Assembly: GCF_964059055.1 (NCBI RefSeq)
Contig: NZ_OZ060386.1
Location: forward strand, 480,001-512,000
Reading direction: 5' to 3'
DNA length: 32,000 nucleotides
From: Buchnera aphidicola (Neophyllaphis podocarpi)
GTDB lineage: Bacteria; Pseudomonadota; Gammaproteobacteria; Enterobacterales; Enterobacteriaceae
Made by a program: the position numbers and the translations under genes. Below, in pieces: positions 21,843 to 30,374 of this stretch. The notes beneath the pieces were generated by a model. It did not search any database. It worked only from the letters and a program-made list of their open reading frames with translations, and was not told where the DNA came from. Positions within the stretch are counted from its first letter, which is position 1, and each line of letters begins with the position of its first letter.

Positions 21843-23072
21843 TTAAAATAAAATATTCTTACCGTATTTCATATCAGATAAATTAAAATAATGTGCCAAA
21901 GTTTGGGCAATATCTGAAAAAGTATTACTATATCCTAAATAGCTATTTTTTTTATGATTTGAATATATAAGTATAGGTATATATTCTCTAGTATGATTAA
22001 AACCTATCCAAGTAGGATCGCAACCGTGATCAGAAGTTATAATTAATAAATCATTATCTTTAATTAATGATAAAATTTTTGGAAGCAGGAGATCAAAATA
22101 TTCTAAATCTCTTGCATAACCAGCTACATTACGTCTATGACCCCATAAAGAATCAAAATCTACAAAATTAGCAAAAACAATAGAGTTGTTTGGAGCTATT
22201 TTAATTTCATTAATAGTTTTATTAAAAATATCATATATACCATCAGCTTTTACTGAATAAGTAATTCCATAATTATTATAAATATCTGAAATTTTTCCAA
22301 TACCAACAACTTGACCTTGTTTTTCAATCAAAAGTTTTTTCATTATAGTTATATCATGTGGCTTGACAGAAAAATCTTTACGATTCATAGAACTACGAAT
22401 GTAATTTTTATTATTTTTACCAGAAAAAGGCCTAGCTATTACACGAGCAACATTATATTTACTTTTATTAAGAATATTCCTAGAAACTTTACATAAAGAA
22501 TAAAGAGAATCTAAACCAAAATAATCTTCATGACAAGCTATTTGAAACACTGAATCAGAAGAAGTATAAAAAATTGGTTTTTTAGTTTTAATATGATCTT
22601 CACCTAAATCACTAATAATAGATGTACCAGATGAATGACAATTTCCTAAATAACCAGATAAACTATTTATATTAACTATTTCATTTAATATTTTATCAGG
22701 AAAACTATATTTTTTATCCTTAAAATAGTGCCAATCGTATAGTACTGGAACTCCTGCAATTTCCCAATGACCTGAAATTGTATCCTTACCAAAAGAAATT
22801 GGACTTGCATAACCATAATTAGCAATTATTTTAGTATTTTTATTAAGACCAAGAGGAAAATTTCCAGAAGCTGCTTCTGAAGCTAAACCAATTCCTAAAG
22901 ATGTCAAATTAGGAATAAATAAAGAACCTCTTCTTCCAAAATTAGCCTTTCCTTTATAACAAAACTCAGCTATATGATTAAGTGTATTAGAACCTTCATC
23001 ACAGAATAGGTGAGAATCTTTTGTATGACCTATTCCTAAAGAATCTAAAACTAATATAAACGCTCTTTTCAT
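21843..23072 (-). CDS. deoB: Phosphopentomutase
   Basis: The 409-aa ORF starts MKRAFILVLDSLGIG and contains GHWEIAG, NFVDFDSLWGHRRNVAGYA and SDHGCDPTW. These match the E. coli DeoB metal and active-site blocks. Confidence 0.96.
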   Translation of the reverse strand: MKRAFILVLDSLGIGHTKDSHLFCDEGSNTLNHIAEFCYKGKANFGRRGSLFIPNLTSLGIGLASEAASGNFPLGLNKNTKIIANYGYASPISFGKDTISGHWEIAGVPVLYDWHYFKDKKYSFPDKILNEIVNINSLSGYLGNCHSSGTSIISDLGEDHIKTKKPIFYTSSDSVFQIACHEDYFGLDSLYSLCKVSRNILNKSKYNVARVIARPFSGKNNKNYIRSSMNRKDFSVKPHDITIMKKLLIEKQGQVVGIGKISDIYNNYGITYSVKADGIYDIFNKTINEIKIAPNNSIVFANFVDFDSLWGHRRNVAGYARDLEYFDLLLPKILSLIKDNDLLIITSDHGCDPTWIGFNHTREYIPILIYSNHKKNSYLGYSNTFSDIAQTLAHYFNLSDMKYGKNILF

Positions 23073-23326
23073 TAAATTACCAAATACTAGTAAATTTATA
23101 AAAATATTTTAATAATAATGATTAATTATATCATTATTAGATAAAAGATTTAAATATCTAATGAGTTAAATGAAGAAAATAATTAAATTAATAAAATATA
23201 TTTCAGTAAATATATTGTTAATTTTCAATAAATAATAATATAAAGGATTAATTGATTTTATTTTAAAAAAAAGCTAAATTAACCAATAAAAATTAATCTT
23301 ATTATTTTAATAATATAAATATAAAA

Positions 23327-24349
23327 ATGAAAAAAAAATCGATATATATATCTTATACTGGCGGGACAATTGGTATGTTAAAAACAAAAAAAGGATATGT
23401 ACCAGAACCTGGAAATTTACAAAATAATATAATATATATGCAAGAATTTCTAAAAACGGAGATACCTAAATTTAAAATAAAAGAATATAACCCTTTAATT
23501 GATTCTTCTAATATGACTCCTCAATAATGGATAATAATAGCTAATGATATAAAAAAAAATTATAATAAATATGATGGATTTATAGTTTTACATGGTACTG
23601 ATACTATGTCTTACACAGCTTCTGCTCTGTCTTTTATTTTAGAAGATCTAAATAAACCAGTAATAATAACAGGATCACAACTTCCTATTTCAGAAATACG
23701 TTCAGATGGAAGAAATAATTTATTAAATTCATTAATAATTGCTGCAAAATATCCCATTAATGAAGTAACAATATTTTTTAATAATTGGCTATATAGAGGT
23801 AACAGAACGACAAAGATAAATGCTAATGGATTTCATGCTTTTGATTCACCAAATTTTCCACCTCTATTAGAGGCAGGAGTTAAGATACGTGAAATATATA
23901 ATAATAAAAAAAAATCAAAAAAAAATAAAAAAAAACAAATTAAAGTTAATAATATTTACCCGCAACCTATTGCTATAATTTCAATATACCCTGGAATATC
24001 TTACAAAATAATTAAAAATTTTCTACTAAAGCCTATTAAAGCATTAATATTATGCTCTTACGGTATAGGAAATGCACCACAAGATAAATATTTTTTGAAC
24101 TCATTAAAAAATGCAATTAAAAATCAAATAATTATATTAAATTTAACGCAATGTATCTCAGGTAAAGTAAATATGAATAGATATGCTTCTGGAAGCTCTT
24201 TAGCTGATATAGGAGTTATAAGCGGACATGACTTAACCATTGAAGCTGCATTGACTAAATTACATTTTTTATTTAGTCAAAATTTTTCTATTGAATTAAT
24301 AAAGAAAAAAATAGAAATTAACATTAGTGGGGAAATAACAACGTCTTAG
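23327..24349 (+). pseudogene. ansA: Cytoplasmic L-asparaginase I interrupted by a single in-frame TAA (codon 67)
   Basis: The two ORF-track pieces (23327-23527 and 23606-24349) are in the same frame. The sequence between them (23528-23605) is open and homologous (WIIIANDIKKNYNKYDGFIVLHGTDTM versus E. coli [27 protein letters not shown]). The only defect is the TAA at 23525-23527, where E. coli has MTPE-D-W. The catalytic blocks YTGGTIGM and HGTDTM are retained. Confidence 0.85.
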
Positions 24350-24418
24350 CATAAATATAAGTCAAAAATTTATATTTTAAAAAATAAATCAAATAAAATT
24401 TTAAATAAAAACTCAAAA

Positions 24419-24991
24419 TCACAAATAAGAATGTTTTCCATATCTATGATTAGTTATATCCTTGACTCCTTTTAATTCAGGAAAGCAAGATAACAATTTC
24501 TTTTCAATTCCTTCTTTGAGAGTTAAATTAATCATAGAACAACCATTGCATCCGCCAGTAAATTTTAAAAAAACATATCCTTCTTTAGTTAGATTAACTA
24601 AGAATACTTTACCTCCATGAGATAATAAATTAGGATTAATTTCCATATCTAAAAAGTTATTTATTTTATCTATTAAATTGTTGTTATTAAATGTTTTTTT
24701 TCTAGCATAAGGAGCTTTCATAGTCAATTGACTTGACAATTCATCTTCTACAATATCAATTTCTGAATCTTTTAAAAAATCACAACTATTAAAATCAACA
24801 TATACATAAAATTGTTTAAAATCTAACTTTATATCCGTAGTATCTACTTCATTTTGTAAACAATATGAAACGCCACATTCTGCGTTTTTTTCACCTGGAT
24901 TATTAACAAATACTCTAATTTGAGTTCCTTTTTTTTGTTTAGATAATAAATCTATAAAATGTTTTTGTGCATTTTTTGTAATTTTAATCAT
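24419..24991 (-). CDS. nfuA: Fe/S biogenesis protein NfuA
   Basis: The 190-aa ORF reads GTQIRVFVxNPGxxNAECGVSYC and GGCNGCSMxxxTLKEGIEKxLLxxFPELKGVxDxTxH, colinear with E. coli NfuA (YhgI). Confidence 0.95.
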   Translation of the reverse strand: MIKITKNAQKHFIDLLSKQKKGTQIRVFVNNPGEKNAECGVSYCLQNEVDTTDIKLDFKQFYVYVDFNSCDFLKDSEIDIVEDELSSQLTMKAPYARKKTFNNNNLIDKINNFLDMEINPNLLSHGGKVFLVNLTKEGYVFLKFTGGCNGCSMINLTLKEGIEKKLLSCFPELKGVKDITNHRYGKHSYL

Positions 24992-25099
24992 ATCTTATAT
25001 TTTATATAAATATTTTTTAAAATTATACTACAATTTTTAAAAAATATTAATAAAAAGATATTTTTTTGTTAAAATTTAATTTTTAAAAAATAAAATAAT

Positions 25100-25885
25100 A
25101 TGAAAAAATTACATTGGGAAACTATAGGTAATGGGAGTATAAATTTAATTTTATTGCACGGATGGGGTCTAAATAATAATGTATGGTTATTTATAATAAA
25201 AAAATTATCAAATCACTTCAAATTATATTTAGTTGATCTTCCTGGATTTGGTTATAGTAATGCATTAAATGATTGTTCATTTAATGAAATTTCAGAAATA
25301 TTATTCCAAAGTATGCCTAAAAAATCTATTTGGTTAGGATGGTCTATGGGAGGATTATTTGTAAACAATATAGGTTTAAATCATTCTAAACAAGTAATAG
25401 CTTTAATAAATATATGTTCTTCGCCTTGTTTTATATCTAAAAAAAACTGGCCAGGGATTAGTGATTCAAAACTAATGCGTATGTTTAACCAATTAAATAA
25501 AAATTATAAGAAAATTATATATTACTTTATAGAAATACAAAATCAACAAACAAAAGAAGAAAAATTAAGTATAGATTTTTTCAAAAAAATAATTTTTTCT
25601 AAACCAATACCAGAAATAAATACATTAAAAAACGGACTAAAAATTCTAAAAAACATCGATTTGAGAGAAAAAATGATTAAATTAAAAGTACCTCTATTAA
25701 GAATTTATGGAGAATTAGATAATTTAGTACCAATTGAAATTAATAATATTCTAAATGTTAAATGGCCTAATACATATTCTTATATAATAAAAAAATCAGG
25801 TCATGCTCCTTTTATTTCTAATCCAGAAATATTATGTAATATCTTAATAAAATTTAAAAAAAAAATAAAAATGAATCTCCAATAG
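25100..25885 (+). CDS. bioH: Pimeloyl-ACP methyl ester carboxylesterase BioH
   Basis: The 261-aa alpha/beta hydrolase is colinear with E. coli BioH. The nucleophile elbow GWSMGG, GELDNLVP and GHAPFIS (triad Ser/Asp/His positions) are all conserved. The last 22 nt (from 25864) belong to the inverted copy of the ssb 3' end. Confidence 0.9.
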   Translation: MKKLHWETIGNGSINLILLHGWGLNNNVWLFIIKKLSNHFKLYLVDLPGFGYSNALNDCSFNEISEILFQSMPKKSIWLGWSMGGLFVNNIGLNHSKQVIALINICSSPCFISKKNWPGISDSKLMRMFNQLNKNYKKIIYYFIEIQNQQTKEEKLSIDFFKKIIFSKPIPEINTLKNGLKILKNIDLREKMIKLKVPLLRIYGELDNLVPIEINNILNVKWPNTYSYIIKKSGHAPFISNPEILCNILIKFKKKIKMNLQ

Positions 25886-26027
25886 ATTTTGAGGATGATA
25901 TACCATTTTAAATCTATATTTTTGTAAATGTAAAAGCCTCATATTGCAATGAGGCTTTTACATTTACAAAAATATAGATTTAAAATGGTATATCATCCTC
26001 AAAATCTATTGGAGATTCATTTTTATT
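25864..26027. repeat. Perfect 164-bp palindrome: 79-bp inverted-repeat arms (25864-25942 and 25949-26027) around a 6-nt centre (attgca)
   Basis: I checked base by base. Every position i in 25864-25942 is complementary to position 51891-i. The first mismatches are the pair 25863/26028 and the central 6 nt. The right arm contains the last 15 codons and the stop of ssb plus its 3' UTR. The left arm overlaps the last 22 nt of bioH. Confidence 0.95.
25932..25959. terminator. Bidirectional rho-independent terminator core shared by the convergent bioH and ssb genes
   Basis: The core is aaaaGCCTCAT-attgca-ATGAGGCtttt. The 7-bp GC-containing stem is flanked by A4 and T4, so a U-tract follows the stem on either strand. 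It forms the centre of the larger palindrome. Confidence 0.7.
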
Positions 26028-26504
26028 AAAAGAATTTTCATTTAGATTTAAATCTGAAGACTTGTGATTTTTATTAATAATTTTATTATTAGATGAAGAA
26101 CTTAAGTTTTTAGATTTTGATGTAGAAACATTAGAATTACTAAAAATTCCAGAATTACGGTTACCTAACATTTGCATAGTACCGTTAATATTTACAACTA
26201 CTTCAGTAGTATAACGATCTTGACCATTCTGATCTTGCCACTTTCTAGTTTGTAAAGTACCTTCTATATAAACTTGAGAACCTTTGCGTAAATAATCACC
26301 AGCAATTTCAGCTAATTTACCAAATAAAACAACACGATGCCATTCTGTCCTTTCTTTACTTTCACCTGTATTTTTATCTTTCCAATTCTCAGAGGTTGCT
26401 AAAGTCATATTAGCAACAGCACCACCATTTGGCATATAACGAATTTCAGGATCTTGACCTAAATTACCTATTAATATTACTTTGTTAATTCCTCTGCTTG
26501 CCAT
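25980..26504 (-). CDS. ssb: Single-stranded DNA-binding protein
   Basis: The 174-aa ORF has an OB-fold N-terminus, [44 protein letters not shown]...[14 protein letters not shown], as in E. coli SSB. The linker is N/S/K-rich and the canonical acidic tip is DFEDDIPF. Confidence 0.97.
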   Translation of the reverse strand: MASRGINKVILIGNLGQDPEIRYMPNGGAVANMTLATSENWKDKNTGESKERTEWHRVVLFGKLAEIAGDYLRKGSQVYIEGTLQTRKWQDQNGQDRYTTEVVVNINGTMQMLGNRNSGIFSNSNVSTSKSKNLSSSSNNKIINKNHKSSDLNLNENSFNKNESPIDFEDDIPF

Positions 26505-26689
26505 ATTTAAATCTCTTAAAATTTAATTATCAAATTAAAATTGTAACATAATTTTTAAAAAAAATTAAAATTAAAAAATAAGAATAAGCAAAATTAAATT
26601 AAGTAGATAATAAATACCAAATAGATCATTAACTGAAAATTAGGTTATAATTATTTTATAAAATAATAAAATTAAAGAAAAAATTAAAT

Positions 26690-28096
26690 ATGAAAATAAA
26701 TAAAATAAAAAATAAAACAGATAAAATATATAAAAATAATGATATAAAAAAAATAAAAATACCTCCTCATTCTTTAGAAGCAGAACAGTCAGTTTTAGGC
26801 GGTTTAATGCTAGATAATGAAAGATGGGACTCGGTATCAGAAAGAATAACAGAAAATGATTTTTTCAGCAGAGCTCATAAATTAATATTTAGAGAAATGC
26901 AAAGTCTATTAGATTTAGGTAATCCCATTGATTTAATCACACTATCAGAATCACTAGAACAAAAAGGAGAATTGGATAATGTGGGAAGATTTGCATATTT
27001 AGCAGAACTATCAAAAAATACTCCTAGTACAGCAAATATAAAAGCATATGCTGATATAGTAAAGGAAAGATCAATAGTAAGGGAAATAATATTAGTTGCA
27101 AATAAAATTGCTAATGCAGGATATGATACAAAAGGACGTAAAAGTGAAGAATTACTTGATTATGCAGAATCAAGTGTATTTAAAATTTCAGAAAAAAGAT
27201 CAAATACAAATGGGGGACCAAAAAATATAGAAGAAATATTAGATTCTACAGTTGAAAACATAGAAAGGTTAATAAAAAACCCTCATGATGGAGTAACGGG
27301 AATAAACACAGGATACGCAGATTTAAATAAAGAAACCTCAGGTTTACAACATTCAGATTTAATAATTATAGCTGCAAGACCTTCAATGGGTAAGACTACA
27401 TTTGCAATGAACTTATGCGAAAATGCAGCAATGATATATGAAAAACCAGTATTAATTTTTAGTTTAGAAATGCCTGGAGAACAAATAATGATTAGAATGT
27501 TAGCTTCATTATCTAGAGTTAAACAAACTAAAATTAGGACAGGACAATTAAGCGATGAAGATTGGTCAAGAATCTCAGGAACTATAAACATTTTATTAAA
27601 AAAGAAAAACATATATATAGATGATTCATCAGGATTAACACCAAGCGAAGTTAGATCTAGAGCAAGAAAAATATACAGAGAAAATAACGGATTAAGTTTA
27701 ATAATGGTAGATTATCTACAACTTATGAGGGTTCCATCTTTATCTGATAATAGAACACTAGAAATAGCAGAAATTTCAAGAACTTTAAAAGCTTTAGCAA
27801 AAGAACTTAAAGTTCCTATTATAGCCTTATCGCAACTAAATAGATCTCTAGAGCAGAGAGCAGATAAGCGTCCAGTTAATTCAGATTTAAGAGAATCTGG
27901 TTCAATAGAACAAGACGCAGACTTAATAATGTTTATATATAGAGATGAAATATATCATGAAAATAGCGATCTAAAAGGTGTAGCGGAAATAATAATAGGA
28001 AAACAAAGAAATGGACCTATTGGAACTATTAAACTAACATTTAACGGTCACTGGTCAAGATTTGATAACTATGCAGGAACAAAATATGAAAAATAA
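26690..28096 (+). CDS. dnaB: Replicative DNA helicase DnaB
   Basis: The 468-aa ORF reads PPHSxEAEQSVLGGLMLDNERWD, ARPSMGKTTFAMNL, LSQLNRSLEQRADKRPVNSDLRESGSIEQDADLIMFIYRDE and IIGKQRNGPIGT, as in E. coli DnaB. Confidence 0.98.
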   Translation: MKINKIKNKTDKIYKNNDIKKIKIPPHSLEAEQSVLGGLMLDNERWDSVSERITENDFFSRAHKLIFREMQSLLDLGNPIDLITLSESLEQKGELDNVGRFAYLAELSKNTPSTANIKAYADIVKERSIVREIILVANKIANAGYDTKGRKSEELLDYAESSVFKISEKRSNTNGGPKNIEEILDSTVENIERLIKNPHDGVTGINTGYADLNKETSGLQHSDLIIIAARPSMGKTTFAMNLCENAAMIYEKPVLIFSLEMPGEQIMIRMLASLSRVKQTKIRTGQLSDEDWSRISGTINILLKKKNIYIDDSSGLTPSEVRSRARKIYRENNGLSLIMVDYLQLMRVPSLSDNRTLEIAEISRTLKALAKELKVPIIALSQLNRSLEQRADKRPVNSDLRESGSIEQDADLIMFIYRDEIYHENSDLKGVAEIIIGKQRNGPIGTIKLTFNGHWSRFDNYAGTKYEK

Positions 28097-28224
28097 ATTA
28101 AAATATTTAAAGCATTTTTTTGCATAAGATATATTTAAAAAATAGCAATTATTTAAATTAGATTTTAATTTTTAAATTAAATATGTAATAATTGATTAAT
28201 AAAATTTCAAAAAAAATAAGAAAT

Positions 28225-29190
28225 ATGAAAATAAAACTTGGTATTGTAATGGACTCTATAAAGCTTATAGACATAGATAAAGATTCAAGTTTTGCTATGT
28301 TAATAGAAGCGCAAAATAGAAAATATGAAATCTATTATATGGAAGAAAAAGACTTATTTTTAGAATCAGAAAACGCTTTTGCAAAAAGTAAAAAAATTAA
28401 GATAAAAAAAGATAAAAAAAAATGGTTCAATTTTATTGATAATAAAAAAATTAATTTATGTGAATTAGATGTAATCTTAATGAGAAAAGATCCTCCTGTA
28501 AATATGCAATTTATATATACTACATATATTTTAGAAAAAGCTGAGAAAAAAGGAACGATAATAATAAATAAACCAAAAAGTTTACGTAATTTTAATGAAA
28601 AAATATTTATATTCGATTTCAAAGAAATAATACCTAAAACTATAGTAACAAAAGATATAAAAATAATTAAAAATTTTATAGAAAAACAAAAAGAAATTGT
28701 ATTAAAACCACTAGATCTAATGGGAGGAAAATCTATTTTTAGAATAAAAAAAAATGATCCAAATTACTTATCAATTGTAGAATTAATGACTAACTATGAA
28801 AAAAAATACTGCATGGCTCAAGAATATATATCTGAAATTAACAACGGAGATAAAAGAATAATCGTAGTCAATGGAAAAATTATTCCTTGGTTGTTAAAAA
28901 GAATTCCAAAAAACGGAGAAACTAGAGCTAATATAATGAGTGGAGGTAAAGGAATAGTAGAAAAAATAAATGAAAAAGATTTAAAAATTGCTAAAATAAT
29001 AGCAAAAAAACTTAAGTTGAATAAAATATTTTTAGCTGGAATTGATATTATAGGAGATAAATTAACAGAAATAAATATTACAAGCCCAACATGTATTGTA
29101 GAAATACAAAAATTCTCAAAAGTGCCTATTTGTAAAATAATAATGAATGAAATAGAAAATCAAATTAAAATTAAAAAACAAAAAAGTTAA
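28225..29190 (+). CDS. gshB: Glutathione synthetase
   Basis: From MKIKLGIVMD the ORF is colinear with E. coli GshB (MIKLGIVMDP...KDSSFAMLxEAQ...DVILMRKDPP...KPLDxMGGxSIFR...YCMAQxY...GDKRxxVVxG...GETRxN...GLDIIGDxLTEINxTSPTC). The ORF-track start at 28192 is a TTG 11 codons upstream, so the ATG at 28225 is preferred. Confidence 0.94.
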   Translation: MKIKLGIVMDSIKLIDIDKDSSFAMLIEAQNRKYEIYYMEEKDLFLESENAFAKSKKIKIKKDKKKWFNFIDNKKINLCELDVILMRKDPPVNMQFIYTTYILEKAEKKGTIIINKPKSLRNFNEKIFIFDFKEIIPKTIVTKDIKIIKNFIEKQKEIVLKPLDLMGGKSIFRIKKNDPNYLSIVELMTNYEKKYCMAQEYISEINNGDKRIIVVNGKIIPWLLKRIPKNGETRANIMSGGKGIVEKINEKDLKIAKIIAKKLKLNKIFLAGIDIIGDKLTEINITSPTCIVEIQKFSKVPICKIIMNEIENQIKIKKQKS

Positions 29191-29197
29191 AATAAAA

Positions 29198-29614
29198 ATG
29201 TTTATTATTGCAATAGATTTTGGAACTAAAAGTATAGGAATAGCTATAGGGCAAAAAATAACTTATACAGCTAACCCATTAAAAACAATAAAATGTAAAA
29301 ATAAAATTATATTTTGGAAAAAAATAAAAAATATTTTAGAAAAATGGAAACCTATATTTATAATAGTAGGATTACCTTTAAACATTGATGGATCAATACA
29401 AAACATCACAAAAAAAGCAATAAAATTTTCGAAAGAAATTAAGTCAAAATTTAATATTGATGTAAAATTACAAGATGAAAGACTAACTACAATAGAAGCC
29501 AAATCTATTATATTTAAACAAAAAGGATTTAAGCATCTAAAAAAAAATAAAATAGATTCTATGTCTGCTGTAATAATATTAGAAAGTTGGTTAAATAAAC
29601 AAAGAAGAAAGTAA
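29198..29614 (+). CDS. ruvX: Putative pre-16S rRNA nuclease / Holliday-junction-resolvase-like protein YqgF
   Basis: The 138-aa ORF reads DFGTKSIGxAxGQxIT...IVGLPLNxDGxxQ...DERLxTxEA...xDSxSAVIILESW, colinear with E. coli YqgF. It lies 7 nt after gshB. Confidence 0.9.
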   Translation: MFIIAIDFGTKSIGIAIGQKITYTANPLKTIKCKNKIIFWKKIKNILEKWKPIFIIVGLPLNIDGSIQNITKKAIKFSKEIKSKFNIDVKLQDERLTTIEAKSIIFKQKGFKHLKKNKIDSMSAVIILESWLNKQRRK

Positions 29615-29649
29615 AAAATAATTTAAAAAATAAAAAAGTAATTTGAAAA

Positions 29650-30339
29650 ATGAATAATTCTATATCAAAAAATATAAAAAAAATAAAAATAAAAATACAA
29701 AAAACAGCAGAAAAATATAAAAAAGATAAAAAAAAAATAAGATTATTAGCGGTCAGTAAACAAAAATCGATCATAGAAATAGAAAAAGCAATAAATAGCA
29801 ATCAATTTGATTTTGCAGAAAACTATGCTCAAGAAGCAATAAAAAAAATAAAAATTTTAAATAAAAAGAAATATAAAATAATATGGCATTTTATTGGAAA
29901 AATACAAAGTAATAAAACTAAGATAATTGCTCAAAACTTCTCTTGGTGTCATAGTATATGTAATTCTAGAATAGCAATAAAATTAAATAATTATAGAACA
30001 AAAGAATTATTACCTTTAAACTCGTTAATACAAATTAATATAAAAAAAAACAATGAAATTGATGACAAAGAAATATATAATATTTCTGATATTATAAAAT
30101 CTTTGCCTAATTTAAAGTTAAGAGGAATAATGGCAATTCCTAATAAACTAAACAAAAACAAAGAAAAAGAAATAAAAGCAACATATAAAAAAATAGAAAA
30201 AATATATAATAAACTAAAAGAAAAATATTCATCAATAGATACTTTATCATTAGGAATGAGTAATGATATAAGAATAGCTATAAAAAATGGAAGTAATATG
30301 CTAAGAATAGGTAAATCAATATTTGGTAACAGAAAATAA
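29650..30339 (+). CDS. yggS: PLP-binding homeostasis protein YggS family
   Basis: The 229-aa ORF reads LLAVSKxK (PLP lysine), FxENYxQE, WHFIGxxQSNK, NxLIQINI, LRGxMAIP, DTLSLGMSxD and MxRIGxxIFG, as in E. coli YggS. Confidence 0.9.
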   Translation: MNNSISKNIKKIKIKIQKTAEKYKKDKKKIRLLAVSKQKSIIEIEKAINSNQFDFAENYAQEAIKKIKILNKKKYKIIWHFIGKIQSNKTKIIAQNFSWCHSICNSRIAIKLNNYRTKELLPLNSLIQINIKKNNEIDDKEIYNISDIIKSLPNLKLRGIMAIPNKLNKNKEKEIKATYKKIEKIYNKLKEKYSSIDTLSLGMSNDIRIAIKNGSNMLRIGKSIFGNRK

Positions 30340-30374
30340 CAAAATTTATTTATATAATATAACTAGAGAAATTT

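Noticed and set aside
22311-22496. 61-aa plus-strand ORF inside deoB
   Set aside because: It is an antisense shadow ORF with a low-complexity translation.
23114-23138. 9-bp dyad aataatgat/atcattatt in the deoB-ansA divergent spacer
   Set aside because: It is an AT-rich short dyad with no flanking U-tract logic, because both genes diverge from here. It is probably chance, and I cannot link it to a DeoR/CytR-type operator from the sequence.
24350-24418. AT-only hairpin (aaatataa / ttatattt) between the convergent ansA and nfuA
   Set aside because: The stem has no G/C pairs and is very weak, so I cannot support it as a terminator.
27283-27612. 109-aa minus-strand ORF inside dnaB
   Set aside because: It lies antisense to the Walker A / RecA-fold core of DnaB, which is near-identical to E. 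coli on the plus strand.
28335-28622. 95-aa minus-strand ORF inside gshB
   Set aside because: It is an antisense shadow ORF with an F/I/L/K-rich translation.
29263-29801. Two minus-strand ORFs (29263-29502, 79 aa; 29559-29801, 80 aa) over ruvX and the ruvX-yggS junction
   Set aside because: They lie antisense to conserved genes. The second is almost entirely F/I/L, the complement of poly-A/K-rich coding sequence. Neither has start-site context or homology.
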